In this document: piece by piece, positions 17,826-25,975 of the stretch
Layout: each line of letters begins with the position of its first letter
Position numbering within the stretch: the stretch's first letter is position 1
DNA from: a virus
Length of the DNA stretch: 41,518 nucleotides
Virus record (IMG/VR): IMGVR_UViG_3300010376_000020
Location: 1-41,518 of that record
Reading direction: 5' to 3' (one strand)
Translations under genes and position numbers: made by a program
Notes under the pieces: model-generated
What the model saw: the letters and a program-made list of their open reading frames with translations, nothing else
Database searches by the model: none
Told to the model about the DNA's origin: nothing

Positions 17826-18458
17826 GTGGCAAAGTTTAGGCGCACATGGAAGGGCCCGGTCCAAGGCTGTCCGATTACGCAGCCGCACGCCTCTAGAAGT
17901 TGCCTTTCCTGTCGCAGCGCCAAGTTGAGGCGCTATCGTGTCGATGGCAAATACAAGTGGACCTCAACAATCAAAACGCGAGCGCGAGCCGTCGTCAATA
18001 TGCGAAAAAAGCGGGGAAGTCTTATCCCCGAATCTTGTCAGGATTGTGGCGCGGCCAAGGTGGAGGCTCATCATGAAGACTACTCAGAGCCGGATAAGGT
18101 CATTTGGCTTTGCCGCCAATGTCATCGATCCCGGCATTCACATATGAAACGTCCGGCAAAGATCCGCACATGCTGCTGGGAGGGTTGCGAGAATTTGCGC
18201 CTCGCGACCCGTACCTATTGCGACCATCATTGGGCCGAATATCAACGCGGCTATCGCATCGATGAGGAGTTGAAGAAATCTACCGCCGCGTTTTTGGATG
18301 GCGTGGACGCGTGCGTGCGCTACCTGCGCGAACAGGTCGGCGACCGAATGACGACCGGACGGCAAGCGGCGCAATTACTCGCCCGGATCGGGCAGGGTGA
18401 AACGCCGGAGCAGGCGCAACGCAGGCAGTTGATCGAGTCGATGAAAGCAGGATCATAA
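17826..18458 (+). CDS. HNH endonuclease
   Basis: 210 aa with a GTG start. The motif CQDCGAAKVEAHHEDYSEPDKVIWLCRQCHRSRH is the classic phage HNH signature (C-x2-C ... HH-x-DY ... WLC-x2-CH-x3-H). It lies on the opposite strand to the flanking late genes. Confidence 0.8.
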   Translation: MAKFRRTWKGPVQGCPITQPHASRSCLSCRSAKLRRYRVDGKYKWTSTIKTRARAVVNMRKKRGSLIPESCQDCGAAKVEAHHEDYSEPDKVIWLCRQCHRSRHSHMKRPAKIRTCCWEGCENLRLATRTYCDHHWAEYQRGYRIDEELKKSTAAFLDGVDACVRYLREQVGDRMTTGRQAAQLLARIGQGETPEQAQRRQLIESMKAGS

Positions 18459-18477
18459 ACAAACCAAAGGAGATGGC

Positions 18478-18906
18478 ATGAAGACTTACCCGACAGATGT
18501 ACTGCAGAACTACAACATCCAGGGCGCGGGGCCGCCCAATTACGGGCCGGTGGCGGATGAGAACTGGAAGATGTTTGCGCCGCTTGCCGACGCACAGGCG
18601 GGACTGGGCATGATTGAGGGCATCACGAATGAAGCCGTGATGGTCGATGCCAAAATCTACGGCGGGATGTATGCCCAATTCGCCTATCTGAATCCGTTGA
18701 GCTCCGATATCCGGGCCCGCATCGTGGTAGGCACGGCAACTGATTCCCAGGGCGAGATGGCGATCCTGGAGTACCCATCGGACATTTTTGACCGCGATAC
18801 CACGCCCATGCCCTTTATCGATCAGTACAGCCCCGGGCAGCAGCACACACTGAAGATCCAGCGCATCACGCCCGAGCTCGGGCAGCTCTACTGGGCTGCG
18901 GCGTGA
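18478..18906 (+). CDS. Hypothetical protein
   Basis: 142 aa with AAAGGAG 6 nt upstream of the ATG. It is co-oriented with the HNH gene. No motif recognised. Confidence 0.55.
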   Translation: MKTYPTDVLQNYNIQGAGPPNYGPVADENWKMFAPLADAQAGLGMIEGITNEAVMVDAKIYGGMYAQFAYLNPLSSDIRARIVVGTATDSQGEMAILEYPSDIFDRDTTPMPFIDQYSPGQQHTLKIQRITPELGQLYWAAA

Positions 18907-18975
18907 GGCGCGACCTGCGGGCAGCGTTCCTGCTTTATTCGGTGCTCGCGCTGTTTGTGCTCGTGGTGAGCGTAG

Positions 18976-19218
18976 CTACGCTGCGGTGTGCTGTTGAAGA
19001 AAACCGGGCTGCGCCCAACTCCACATCTGAAAGCGCGGCCCGGTGTATAGCGCCTGCGTCTCGCCGGCAATATCGGCCCGGACTTCCTGAACCTCCCGTT
19101 CGAGACGAGCATTCGCCTCGGCCAGGCGTGCGAACTGGACTCCGAGCAGCCAGACAATGATCAGAGCCAGAATGGTGGGAACGACAATCCCGGCCAGGAT
19201 GACCACGCGGTCAGTCAA
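18976..19218 (-). CDS. Small membrane protein, N-terminal TM helix plus coiled coil
   Basis: 80 aa with a TTG start directly after the upstream TAA. The hydrophobic stretch VVILAGIVVPTILALIIVWLLGV is followed by the charged helix ARLAEANARLEREVQEVRADI. Confidence 0.45.
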   Translation of the reverse strand: MTDRVVILAGIVVPTILALIIVWLLGVQFARLAEANARLEREVQEVRADIAGETQALYTGPRFQMWSWAQPGFLQQHTAA

Positions 19219-19584
19219 TTAGAACAACACACCCGCGCGCTCAAAAGAACTGTCATCCGTGATATCCCACGAGAACACCGAGCCCGAGGTGCGGCACAGT
19301 GTCCAGGTGATATCGCTTGCTCCCAAGAAGTTGGCGGACTTGCAGGCGCCGATGGCGAAGTGGATGTCCAGTGTTTCTTCCGTGACCCGGTCGGTCTGAC
19401 AGGTTACGTGGATCGTCTCGGGAATCACCAGATCAAAAAAGCACACGTTATGCCCGTTTTCAGCAAATACACGCGTGTCGCTGGTTTGAACGATGTGGCA
19501 ACTATTCGATCCAGCGCAGCCTTGAGCCATGCTAAGACCTGCACTGGCAATAAGCATCGCGAGTAAAGGAAGAAAAGTTTTCAT
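19219..19584 (-). CDS. Secreted (signal-peptide) Cys-containing protein
   Basis: 121 aa from ATG 19584. The N-terminus MKTFLPLLAMLIASAGLSMA-QGC looks like a Sec signal peptide with an A-x-A-type site, or possibly an atypical lipobox. GC is visibly lower here. A G8 tract lies between the SD-like GGAGG and the ATG. Confidence 0.55.
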   Translation of the reverse strand: MKTFLPLLAMLIASAGLSMAQGCAGSNSCHIVQTSDTRVFAENGHNVCFFDLVIPETIHVTCQTDRVTEETLDIHFAIGACKSANFLGASDITWTLCRTSGSVFSWDITDDSSFERAGVLF

Positions 19585-19666
19585 GGATGGGGGGGGCCTC
19601 CGTGCCCGCATCCATGATAGCTTGCTTCGGTGAAAACTTGATGGCTTTTTTAGCCGCAAGTTTGGC

Positions 19667-19945
19667 TTACGGCTTTTCCCTGCGCTGCCTAAGTGCGGCG
19701 AGAATGTCATCGAGGATAGCCTGCTGCCGCCTGGCCGTTTGAAGCAAAATGTTTACGTCATCGAAATGCTGGGCGTGTTCATCAAGTTCGCGGCGATGCT
19801 CATCATTGATGGCGCGCTGATGCTCCAGAGCGGTTACGACATCGTCGAGCATGCCCTGATGGATCTTGGCTGTCTCAAGGAGTGCGTCTACTTTCGTTCC
19901 GAGCTCGCGGAGCCACTCAGGCAGATGTCCGTTATTGTCGCTCAA
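19667..19945 (-). CDS. Hypothetical coiled-coil protein
   Basis: 92 aa from TTG 19945, with a TTGA overlap to the upstream stop and GGAGGAG 8 nt upstream. The sequence has a heptad-like acidic/His-rich helical pattern. Confidence 0.45.
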   Translation of the reverse strand: MSDNNGHLPEWLRELGTKVDALLETAKIHQGMLDDVVTALEHQRAINDEHRRELDEHAQHFDDVNILLQTARRQQAILDDILAALRQRREKP

Positions 19946-20160
19946 GCGGTTTCTCCTCCGATGCGTGGCCGCTTGGCAATCCAATCCTGGATATCCCGAA
20001 CTGAATATCTGACCGCTCGACCTAATTTCACATAGCGCGGCCCCTGCTTTCGCAGACGCATTTTTTGCAGCGTGGACACAGAAAGGCCGATCAGTTCACT
20101 GGCTTGCTGCTCTTGCAAAAACTGGTCGTTGCTGTTTCCTGGTATTGCCCTGACTTGCAC
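19942..20160 (-). CDS. AlpA/excisionase-type helix-turn-helix protein; start uncertain
   Basis: 72-aa ORF with a GTG start. The segment ASELIGLSVSTLQKMRLRKQGPRYVKLGRAVRYSVRDIQDWI matches the AlpA / HTH_17 pattern. Confidence 0.65.
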   Translation of the reverse strand: MQVRAIPGNSNDQFLQEQQASELIGLSVSTLQKMRLRKQGPRYVKLGRAVRYSVRDIQDWIAKRPRIGGETA

Positions 20161-20181
20161 TAATCCATTATGCCATGCCGA

Positions 20182-21027
20182 TTAGCTGAAGATCAACGCC
20201 GCTTCCGCCGCCCCAACCGCCAGCTCCACCGTCGCGCGCGCCTCTTCTGCGATAAGATCCTTCTCGCCTTCCATCCGCGCCACCACATCCGGCGTAATGA
20301 GCCAATGCAGTTTACCCTTGGGCCGCCGCGCTTCATACAGCCGCACGCCTTCTGCTGGCTGCCGATCGCTCGCATACACGCGTACGCGCCGGTCGGCGCT
20401 TTCGATGACGCAAGTACAGTTCGGATGCAAGGGCGGCTCGTCCAGATCGCCGTCCGGCCCTTCGAAAACATCATCCATGTCGATCCAGCCGAGGTCCGCG
20501 GCATCCTCGCAGAAATCGCAATTTCCAGACTTCCCGCCGTCGCCGAGCACCAGGCGCTTCTGCGGCATTTCGTCGTAGTAGTATTCACCTTTGGCTTCAG
20601 TAGCGCGGCCAGTCGTTTCAAAGTGCGCCACAGCAGCGTGCGCGAAATGATGGTTCTCGCCGCTGCCGCCGGTCAGCAAGCCGAGGATAGTGCCGACGAG
20701 CGGCCCATGGCTCACTGCAATGACGTTATCGGCTTTGAGCCGCCGGCCCTGGCGCTGCATCTCGGCAAGCGCTTCCTCGGGCGTCGAATTGGGGTCGAGC
20801 TTGTGGCTGCGCGTGCGAGCGGCATCGAGCCGATCGGCTACGCGCTTGGCGGTCTGGATCGAGCGCCGCATGTTGGATTCCATCACCAGCGCGGAGCCGG
20901 AGGTCTGATGCTTGAGCCATTTGCCCATGAGCTTGGCTTGGGCTTTGCCGGTATCGGTGAGAGGCCGGGTCGGGTCGAGCTGCTCGCCCTCCTCGGCTTC
21001 CGCGTGGCGCATCAGATACAACTTCAT
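20182..21027 (-). CDS. SixA-like histidine phosphatase domain fused to MuF/SPP1-gp7-type C-terminal motif
   Basis: 281 aa. The N-terminal part has LYLMRHAEA, RPLTDTGKAQA, RRSIQTA and VSHGP, which together form a histidine-phosphatase (SixA-like) signature. The C-terminal part has GNCDFCEDA...EPPLHPNCTCV, the terminal motif of MuF-family minor head proteins. The gene lies downstream of the portal. Confidence 0.6.
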   Translation of the reverse strand: MKLYLMRHAEAEEGEQLDPTRPLTDTGKAQAKLMGKWLKHQTSGSALVMESNMRRSIQTAKRVADRLDAARTRSHKLDPNSTPEEALAEMQRQGRRLKADNVIAVSHGPLVGTILGLLTGGSGENHHFAHAAVAHFETTGRATEAKGEYYYDEMPQKRLVLGDGGKSGNCDFCEDAADLGWIDMDDVFEGPDGDLDEPPLHPNCTCVIESADRRVRVYASDRQPAEGVRLYEARRPKGKLHWLITPDVVARMEGEKDLIAEEARATVELAVGAAEAALIFS

Positions 21028-21057
21028 GAGTGGGGCGAATCGTCCTCCTCTTCTTGG

Positions 21058-21231
21058 TCAAGCGTGTAGGATCCCGAAGATTCGCAGCAGATACAAGATC
21101 AGGATCAAAATGATCACCACGTTAATCAGCGTCTTGATCGGCGGCGGCAGCGGGACGTATTGCTGCACCAGCCATAGAATGACGCCCACGATTATCAGAA
21201 CGATGACAACCTGAATGAGAAGCGCGATCAT
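21058..21231 (-). CDS. Small two-TM membrane protein (resembles Thivi_2564-type family)
   Basis: 57-aa ORF not in the supplied track. ATG 21231 has GGAGGCC upstream. Sequence: MIALLIQVVIVLIIVGVILWLVQQYVPLPPPIKTLINVVIILILILYLLRIFGILHA. Confidence 0.55.
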   Translation of the reverse strand: MIALLIQVVIVLIIVGVILWLVQQYVPLPPPIKTLINVVIILILILYLLRIFGILHA

Positions 21232-21240
21232 GGCGGCCTC

Positions 21241-21552
21241 CTATCCGAAAATCTGCTTGAGCCAGGCCGCTTTGCCGGGCGTCTTTTTGGGCACAACGTC
21301 GAAGCCTGCCGGCAATTGCGTCTCGACACCGGGCGGTTTGCGGTTGGCTTCAAAGCGGTCCTGGCGGGCCATCTCGCGCAGTTCCATCGCAGCCGCGCCG
21401 AGGCGCTTGCTGCTCAGGATATCCGCGATGCACTCGACGTTTTCTTCATCGCCGAGGAAGCACCAGGCGAGGACGGCGTGAGTCTGCGTGTGGATGACCT
21501 CGGCGAGGTTGCCGCGGCGCTCGATGCGGACGTTGGGCTTAGTGTCAGGCAT
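21241..21552 (-). CDS. Hypothetical protein
   Basis: 103 aa from ATG 21552, which overlaps the upstream gene end by 8 nt (ATGCCTGA). No motif recognised. Confidence 0.45.
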   Translation of the reverse strand: MPDTKPNVRIERRGNLAEVIHTQTHAVLAWCFLGDEENVECIADILSSKRLGAAAMELREMARQDRFEANRKPPGVETQLPAGFDVVPKKTPGKAAWLKQIFG

Positions 21553-21763
21553 ACAGACATTCCGGATCATGCGATTCGCCTTGGAACACATCCGCTCCGC
21601 ATTCGCAGCAGCATGGAACGGTGAAGATACTATCCTCTTCGTCCACGTCTCGCTCGCCTAGGCAATGCTCACAATTCTCCTGAGCGTCCCTATCGCCTGT
21701 ATCGGTATCGTCAACGTCACCGTTGCAATAACACGCCTGGCCGCACTCTGGACAACTATGCAT
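21545..21763 (-). CDS. Small acidic Cys-rich (zinc-ribbon-like) protein
   Basis: 72 aa. It has CPECG..CYC at the N-terminus and CEHC and CCCECG later, and is very rich in D/E. It lies immediately downstream of the portal stop. Confidence 0.5.
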   Translation of the reverse strand: MHSCPECGQACYCNGDVDDTDTGDRDAQENCEHCLGERDVDEEDSIFTVPCCCECGADVFQGESHDPECLYA

Positions 21764-21772
21764 TAGTATTCA

Positions 21773-23638
21773 TTAGCGCCGTCCATTTCCGATCAATTGC
21801 GCCCGCTCCCGAATCTCCCGCAGCACGCTCAGCGCTTCCTGCGCGGCCGCGCCCTTCTCCGGCGGCGGCGTCCCTTTCCCCGGCTCGCCCTTGCCCGGCG
21901 GCGGCATCGTCTGCGGCGCGGCTTGCGTGCGCTGATCCTCCACATCCGCTTTGGGATCGTAATCCGCGCCGTAAATCTTGTCGAGCAACTGGGTGCGGTT
22001 CTCGTAGCCCACTTCGGCCAGCATTCCATCGACGACCGTCCTCCGGTCGATCCCGCCTGCGTAGATGCCCTGCCGCCCGCCGTTGGTAGCGATATCCACC
22101 CAGGCCTGCACCATCGCGTGCACGTCGTGTTCGAGCACCGCCGGGAACTTGACAATGATCTGGATAGGCTGTGGCGCCGGGTTCTTCCCGCGGGCCTCGC
22201 GCATCTTTGTACCGGGCGTCTGTCCCGCCACCATCAGCACGTATTCGAGCACGCGTGTCAGCGTCTCCACCCAGCGCTGCTGGATCTCTCGAAACTTCAG
22301 CTCCGTCGGCCGGTCGAGCGAGACGGCCGTGGCGAGCGATCCCGTAGAGGCATCCCCAAAGAACGTCTCGGGCAACCCGGTGGCGGCAGCGGCCATGAGC
22401 AGAACCCGTCGTGCTTGCTCGGGCGCCGTTTGCGTGCCGGCCGTTTTGAACGGTGTGATCTTGTTGTCCGGTCCTGCGACATGTGCTGCTCCTACTGCAG
22501 GCGGCGGGTTGCGTTCGATTTGCGTGCCGCCGGCATCCGCAAAGGTCGTTGTGAGCAGAGCCTGATAAGCCGCGATCGCCGCGGGTCCGCCCTTGGTTTC
22601 GACATTCAGCGCGAAGCGCGCGAGCGACTTCTGCACGGTGGCCCAATCCTCAAGAAAGTCCTTGTACGCCCGCGCCCAGTCGATGGCCGCATAGATCGGC
22701 GGAACCGGCCAGCGCCACTTTGCCGGGGACCCGCCACCATGGACGCGATAAATCGGCATCTCCCAATTGACCGGCACATCGCCCAGCGATTGCGGCTTCT
22801 CTTTCGGATTCGAGAGCAGGTATTCAAGCGAGGGATACCAGGCTTTCTTCGCTTCGCCGGGCTGTGTGCCGCTGTGCGTTTGGATGTTTAACTGGTTCCA
22901 GTGCCGCAGGTAGTACCAGATGCGGCCGGTATCGTCGGGATCGCAGAGCACGTCCATGATTTCGAGCGGATCGATGGTCGATACTGTGATCTCGCCAGCG
23001 GCGTTGGCCGGCAGAGCGAAATACAGAGCGCCATCGGTCTGAATGGAGTTTTCGTCATTCGCGAGCGCAGTGTGGCTCAACTGCGCGGCATTGAGCTTCA
23101 AAAAATCCTGAATCGTTTCGTTGGCCGTCTCATCTTCAGCACGCATCTCGATGCCGCGGCCGAAGACGTACATGCGGCAGATTTCCGCGCCGCGCTTGAT
23201 GATCGGGTTTTTCAGCGCGTAGAGGCGCGAGATGCGGATGAGCTGCTGCACGCCGTAGCGCGAGAATTCGAGCATGGCGAGCGTGGTTTCGCGAATCCAG
23301 CCGCGGTCTTCGAGAGCTAATTCGAGCTCCCACAGCCGCTCTCGCAACTCAACTGGAGTGTTGACGGGCACGGCCAGTGCGCCGGTTTCACGGATGCGCT
23401 CGTAGGCTTGCGGATTGACGCAGGCCAGCTCGGCTTCGCGCAAGACCAGCATTTCGTGCATGCGGAGGCGGAGCTGGTGGCGCTGGTATTGGAACTCTTC
23501 GGCGAGGAGGGAATCGGATTCGGAGGCCCGCGTGGCGGAACGGGCCTCCCGGATGGCGTCACCGGCGCGGGTCAGCAGCTCACGAACAGGCGAGAGGTTA
23601 AGAGCGCGGGTCGTGAGCCAGCCGCGGAGCGAGCGCAT
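21773..23638 (-). CDS. Portal protein (putative)
   Basis: 621 aa, the only ORF of portal size between the terminase and the head genes. The C-terminus is acidic and Pro-rich. The call rests on size and position; no clear SD at ATG 23638. Confidence 0.6.
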   Translation of the reverse strand: MRSLRGWLTTRALNLSPVRELLTRAGDAIREARSATRASESDSLLAEEFQYQRHQLRLRMHEMLVLREAELACVNPQAYERIRETGALAVPVNTPVELRERLWELELALEDRGWIRETTLAMLEFSRYGVQQLIRISRLYALKNPIIKRGAEICRMYVFGRGIEMRAEDETANETIQDFLKLNAAQLSHTALANDENSIQTDGALYFALPANAAGEITVSTIDPLEIMDVLCDPDDTGRIWYYLRHWNQLNIQTHSGTQPGEAKKAWYPSLEYLLSNPKEKPQSLGDVPVNWEMPIYRVHGGGSPAKWRWPVPPIYAAIDWARAYKDFLEDWATVQKSLARFALNVETKGGPAAIAAYQALLTTTFADAGGTQIERNPPPAVGAAHVAGPDNKITPFKTAGTQTAPEQARRVLLMAAAATGLPETFFGDASTGSLATAVSLDRPTELKFREIQQRWVETLTRVLEYVLMVAGQTPGTKMREARGKNPAPQPIQIIVKFPAVLEHDVHAMVQAWVDIATNGGRQGIYAGGIDRRTVVDGMLAEVGYENRTQLLDKIYGADYDPKADVEDQRTQAAPQTMPPPGKGEPGKGTPPPEKGAAAQEALSVLREIRERAQLIGNGRR

Positions 23639-23647
23639 GCTGGCATG

Positions 23648-23875
23648 TTAGCAAGTTTGCCTGTTAGCGGAACGCCCTTCGAAAATCTTTTCTAGTCGCT
23701 GAAGTGCTTGCTCCACTTCTTCGCTGAAGGGCGGGCGTGCTCGTGCCTCTTGAATTAACCAAGCGGGCCAGCGCCCGGTTCGGTGGTAATACTCCATCGC
23801 GCGTGAGTACTTTGCTTGTTTTACGCGAGCTTCATAAGATAGTTGGCTCCATCCTGGCGGAGCATTTCTGATCAC
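23648..23875 (-). CDS. Hypothetical protein
   Basis: 75 aa from GTG 23875, with a GTGA overlap to the upstream stop. Confidence 0.4.
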   Translation of the reverse strand: MIRNAPPGWSQLSYEARVKQAKYSRAMEYYHRTGRWPAWLIQEARARPPFSEEVEQALQRLEKIFEGRSANRQTC

Positions 23876-24078
23876 TGAAACTTCACCCGCATCTCTTTCC
23901 CGCACGGCCGGTACTCGATCCCGTCCGGTGCGATCTGGCGCACGATGGCGATCGCTTCGGCCTGGCCCGGCTCCTGAATGCGTGCGAGCACGAAGCCTTC
24001 GGGCTTCTGAAGCATCATGCACTCGTGTTTCAACAAGAGCTGCGCGATTTCATCGAGGATGTCGCCGGCGTCCGTCAT
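23872..24078 (-). CDS. Hypothetical protein
   Basis: 68 aa from ATG 24078, with an ATGA overlap to the 30-aa ORF stop. Confidence 0.45.
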   Translation of the reverse strand: MTDAGDILDEIAQLLLKHECMMLQKPEGFVLARIQEPGQAEAIAIVRQIAPDGIEYRPCGKEMRVKFQ

Positions 24079-24167
24079 GACTTCTTGGATAGCCTCCCGA
24101 GAAGCCAGCCGCTGATGAGGCCCGCGAAATAGATGGTGCCGATCAAGAACCAGTCCAGGCCGCTCAT
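24075..24167 (-). CDS. 30-aa single-TM peptide
   Basis: Not in the supplied track. Sequence: MSGLDWFLIGTIYFAGLISGWLLGRLSKKS. Both ends are ATGA-coupled to the neighbouring genes, which argues for translation. Confidence 0.45.
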   Translation of the reverse strand: MSGLDWFLIGTIYFAGLISGWLLGRLSKKS

Positions 24168-24382
24168 GGTTTCTCGTCCCGGCATTGATTACACAGGAGA
24201 ACGCCGTGTGCATGATTCAGGTTGCCGAAAGTTTGCACGACGTGGCCGCACTCTAGTTCGACAATACGACCCGAACGCGTATTTGGAATCGGTTTCCATC
24301 GCACCATGCGCTTATGGAACGGCGTGTCACGCGGCTCCTCGTCGGGTTCAAGATAGGCGTCATGCCCAAGCGGAATCTTCAT
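24164..24382 (-). CDS. Hypothetical small protein (C/H pairs: CGH ... CNQC)
   Basis: 72 aa with an ATGA overlap to the upstream gene. Confidence 0.45.
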   Translation of the reverse strand: MKIPLGHDAYLEPDEEPRDTPFHKRMVRWKPIPNTRSGRIVELECGHVVQTFGNLNHAHGVLLCNQCRDEKP

Positions 24383-24636
24383 TGAACACCCGAATCAAAG
24401 CGATTGGCCTGTTCCCTCAGCAGCTTGATGATGTCGCGGCGATCGGCGCCGTTGGAAATGTAGTTGCATCGCCCACTCTTGTCCCCGTAGGGAAACACCA
24501 GCAGGACAAAGCCGGTCTTCCGGTCGTGCCCCCTCGCATCTCCATTGAAGGTTTCATCTAACACTCTGGCGATCGCATTCATCTGGACTCGATATTCGTC
24601 TTCAATCGGGGCATCTCCTAATTGGTGATCGCTCAC
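24379..24636 (-). CDS. Hypothetical protein
   Basis: 85 aa from GTG 24636, with a GTGA overlap to the glycosyltransferase stop. Confidence 0.4.
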   Translation of the reverse strand: MSDHQLGDAPIEDEYRVQMNAIARVLDETFNGDARGHDRKTGFVLLVFPYGDKSGRCNYISNGADRRDIIKLLREQANRFDSGVQ

Positions 24637-25316
24637 AGCGCCATCTCCTCCCTGCAAAAATCGTCCCACTCCGTCGCCCGCTTCCAACTGATCGAGCTCT
24701 TGGCAACCTGCTCAATCCGATATCGCTCGGTGTTGCCGTTGTGTATCCCGGCAATGATACGCGGGTTTTCGGGAGCGATCCCAAGCGAGTCCACCTGGCG
24801 CAGCCATTCCCAGTCCTCGCCGCGTCGCAGCTCGGGGAACTTCACCCGCTCCCATACCTTCAGCCAGTAGCACATCGAATTGCCGAGGCAGTAGCTTATC
24901 AGGCCGTTCGAATACATCCAGGCTGTGCCGGTCTGCTCGTCCCAGAACAAGCCCGCGCGGTAGCCCACGCAATCGCGGTCGGATGCCTGAAGCGCCGCCA
25001 CCTGCTCCGAGATGCGCTCGGCGTGCGACCAGTCGTCGTCGTCAAAGTGCACCGCGATCTTAGCGCCGGCGGAGACGGCGAGCTGCGCGGTCACATTGCG
25101 GTAGTAGCCGATCGTCTTGCCGGGTGCCGCGGCGTGCGTGATGATGCCGGGGCCAGCGTAGAGCGAACGGATCAGCTCGTCTTCCTGCGGGTCGTTCGAT
25201 AGCAGGATCAGCACGCGGTTGGGATAGGTCTGCTCACGGAAGCTGCGCACAGCGCGCGGAAGCATGTGGAAGCGGCCGGCGGTGGGCATGAGGCAGGCGG
25301 CGAGGGGAGGGGTCAT
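24633..25316 (-). CDS. Family-2-like glycosyltransferase
   Basis: 227 aa from ATG 25316 (TAATG overlap). The N-terminal pattern of a beta strand followed by P(T)AGR, the segment REQTYPNRVLILLSND and the acidic motif HFDDDDW look like a GT-A fold with a DxD motif. Confidence 0.65.
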   Translation of the reverse strand: MTPPLAACLMPTAGRFHMLPRAVRSFREQTYPNRVLILLSNDPQEDELIRSLYAGPGIITHAAAPGKTIGYYRNVTAQLAVSAGAKIAVHFDDDDWSHAERISEQVAALQASDRDCVGYRAGLFWDEQTGTAWMYSNGLISYCLGNSMCYWLKVWERVKFPELRRGEDWEWLRQVDSLGIAPENPRIIAGIHNGNTERYRIEQVAKSSISWKRATEWDDFCREEMAL

Positions 25317-25975
25317 TACCACTTGAAACCAGCTACCGGGAATTCAAAGGCCTTTGAGCCGTTCTGATAAAACTCCGCCTCGATGTGAACCACCTTGGCC
25401 TTTCGCATTTGTTGCACAAAGCCGCCCACATCCTGAATGAATAGCAGCGTTGTCGAATAGTCGCTCGGTCCAACAGCGGAAAAACGTTGAATTGGTCCTT
25501 GATCAAAGCGAACATTAACGGCACAGCCTTGTACATGGCAAATAAATTGGCCTCGTTCGATTCCAATAATCACATCCGTCAAGGTAGTCTTATTGGTCCG
25601 GACGGCCAACATGCCATGCTGGGCGCCCTGATAGGGAAATCCGAAATTGACCGTATTGCCGGATAATACAGTTGCTGTAAATTTCTCACGGCCCATTTGG
25701 TCTGTATTCTGTTCATAATCCCAGCCGGGCTCGGCAGTCTCCTTGATCGCAACCGGCTCGTGCGTGGATGTCGGTGCACTGGCTTGCACATTTCGCTTGC
25801 CGCCGAATGCCGCAATCATTACCGCCATCGTGACCGCGATTCCAACCAGCACGAGCAGGATCGTGATTTTGGGTGAAGTGCGCCGATGATCATGGCCGGT
25901 AAATTGATACCGGCATCGCTCGCAGAATTTGACTTGCCGTGGAAATACCATGCGGCATCTTCGACATTCACTCAT
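25316..25975 (-). CDS. Zinc-ribbon / single-TM membrane-anchored protein
   Basis: 219 aa. CRRC-x12-CERC at the N-terminus is followed by the TM helix ITILLVLVGIAVTMAVMIAAFGG and an exported domain of about 150 aa. ATGA overlap with the Imm-like gene. GC is visibly lower. Confidence 0.55.
   Translation of the reverse strand: MSECRRCRMVFPRQVKFCERCRYQFTGHDHRRTSPKITILLVLVGIAVTMAVMIAAFGGKRNVQASAPTSTHEPVAIKETAEPGWDYEQNTDQMGREKFTATVLSGNTVNFGFPYQGAQHGMLAVRTNKTTLTDVIIGIERGQFICHVQGCAVNVRFDQGPIQRFSAVGPSDYSTTLLFIQDVGGFVQQMRKAKVVHIEAEFYQNGSKAFEFPVAGFKW

Noticed and set aside
18907-18975. Possible bidirectional terminator in the convergent gap after the plus-strand 142-aa gene.
   Set aside because: I could find only a 4-bp stem (GCAG/CTGC) with a weak T-run, which is too weak to call.
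20170-21069. 299-aa plus-strand ORF opposite the SixA/MuF fusion gene.
   Set aside because: The minus-strand frame carries two independent, well-ordered motif sets. The plus-strand translation is R/A/H-rich with no motif.
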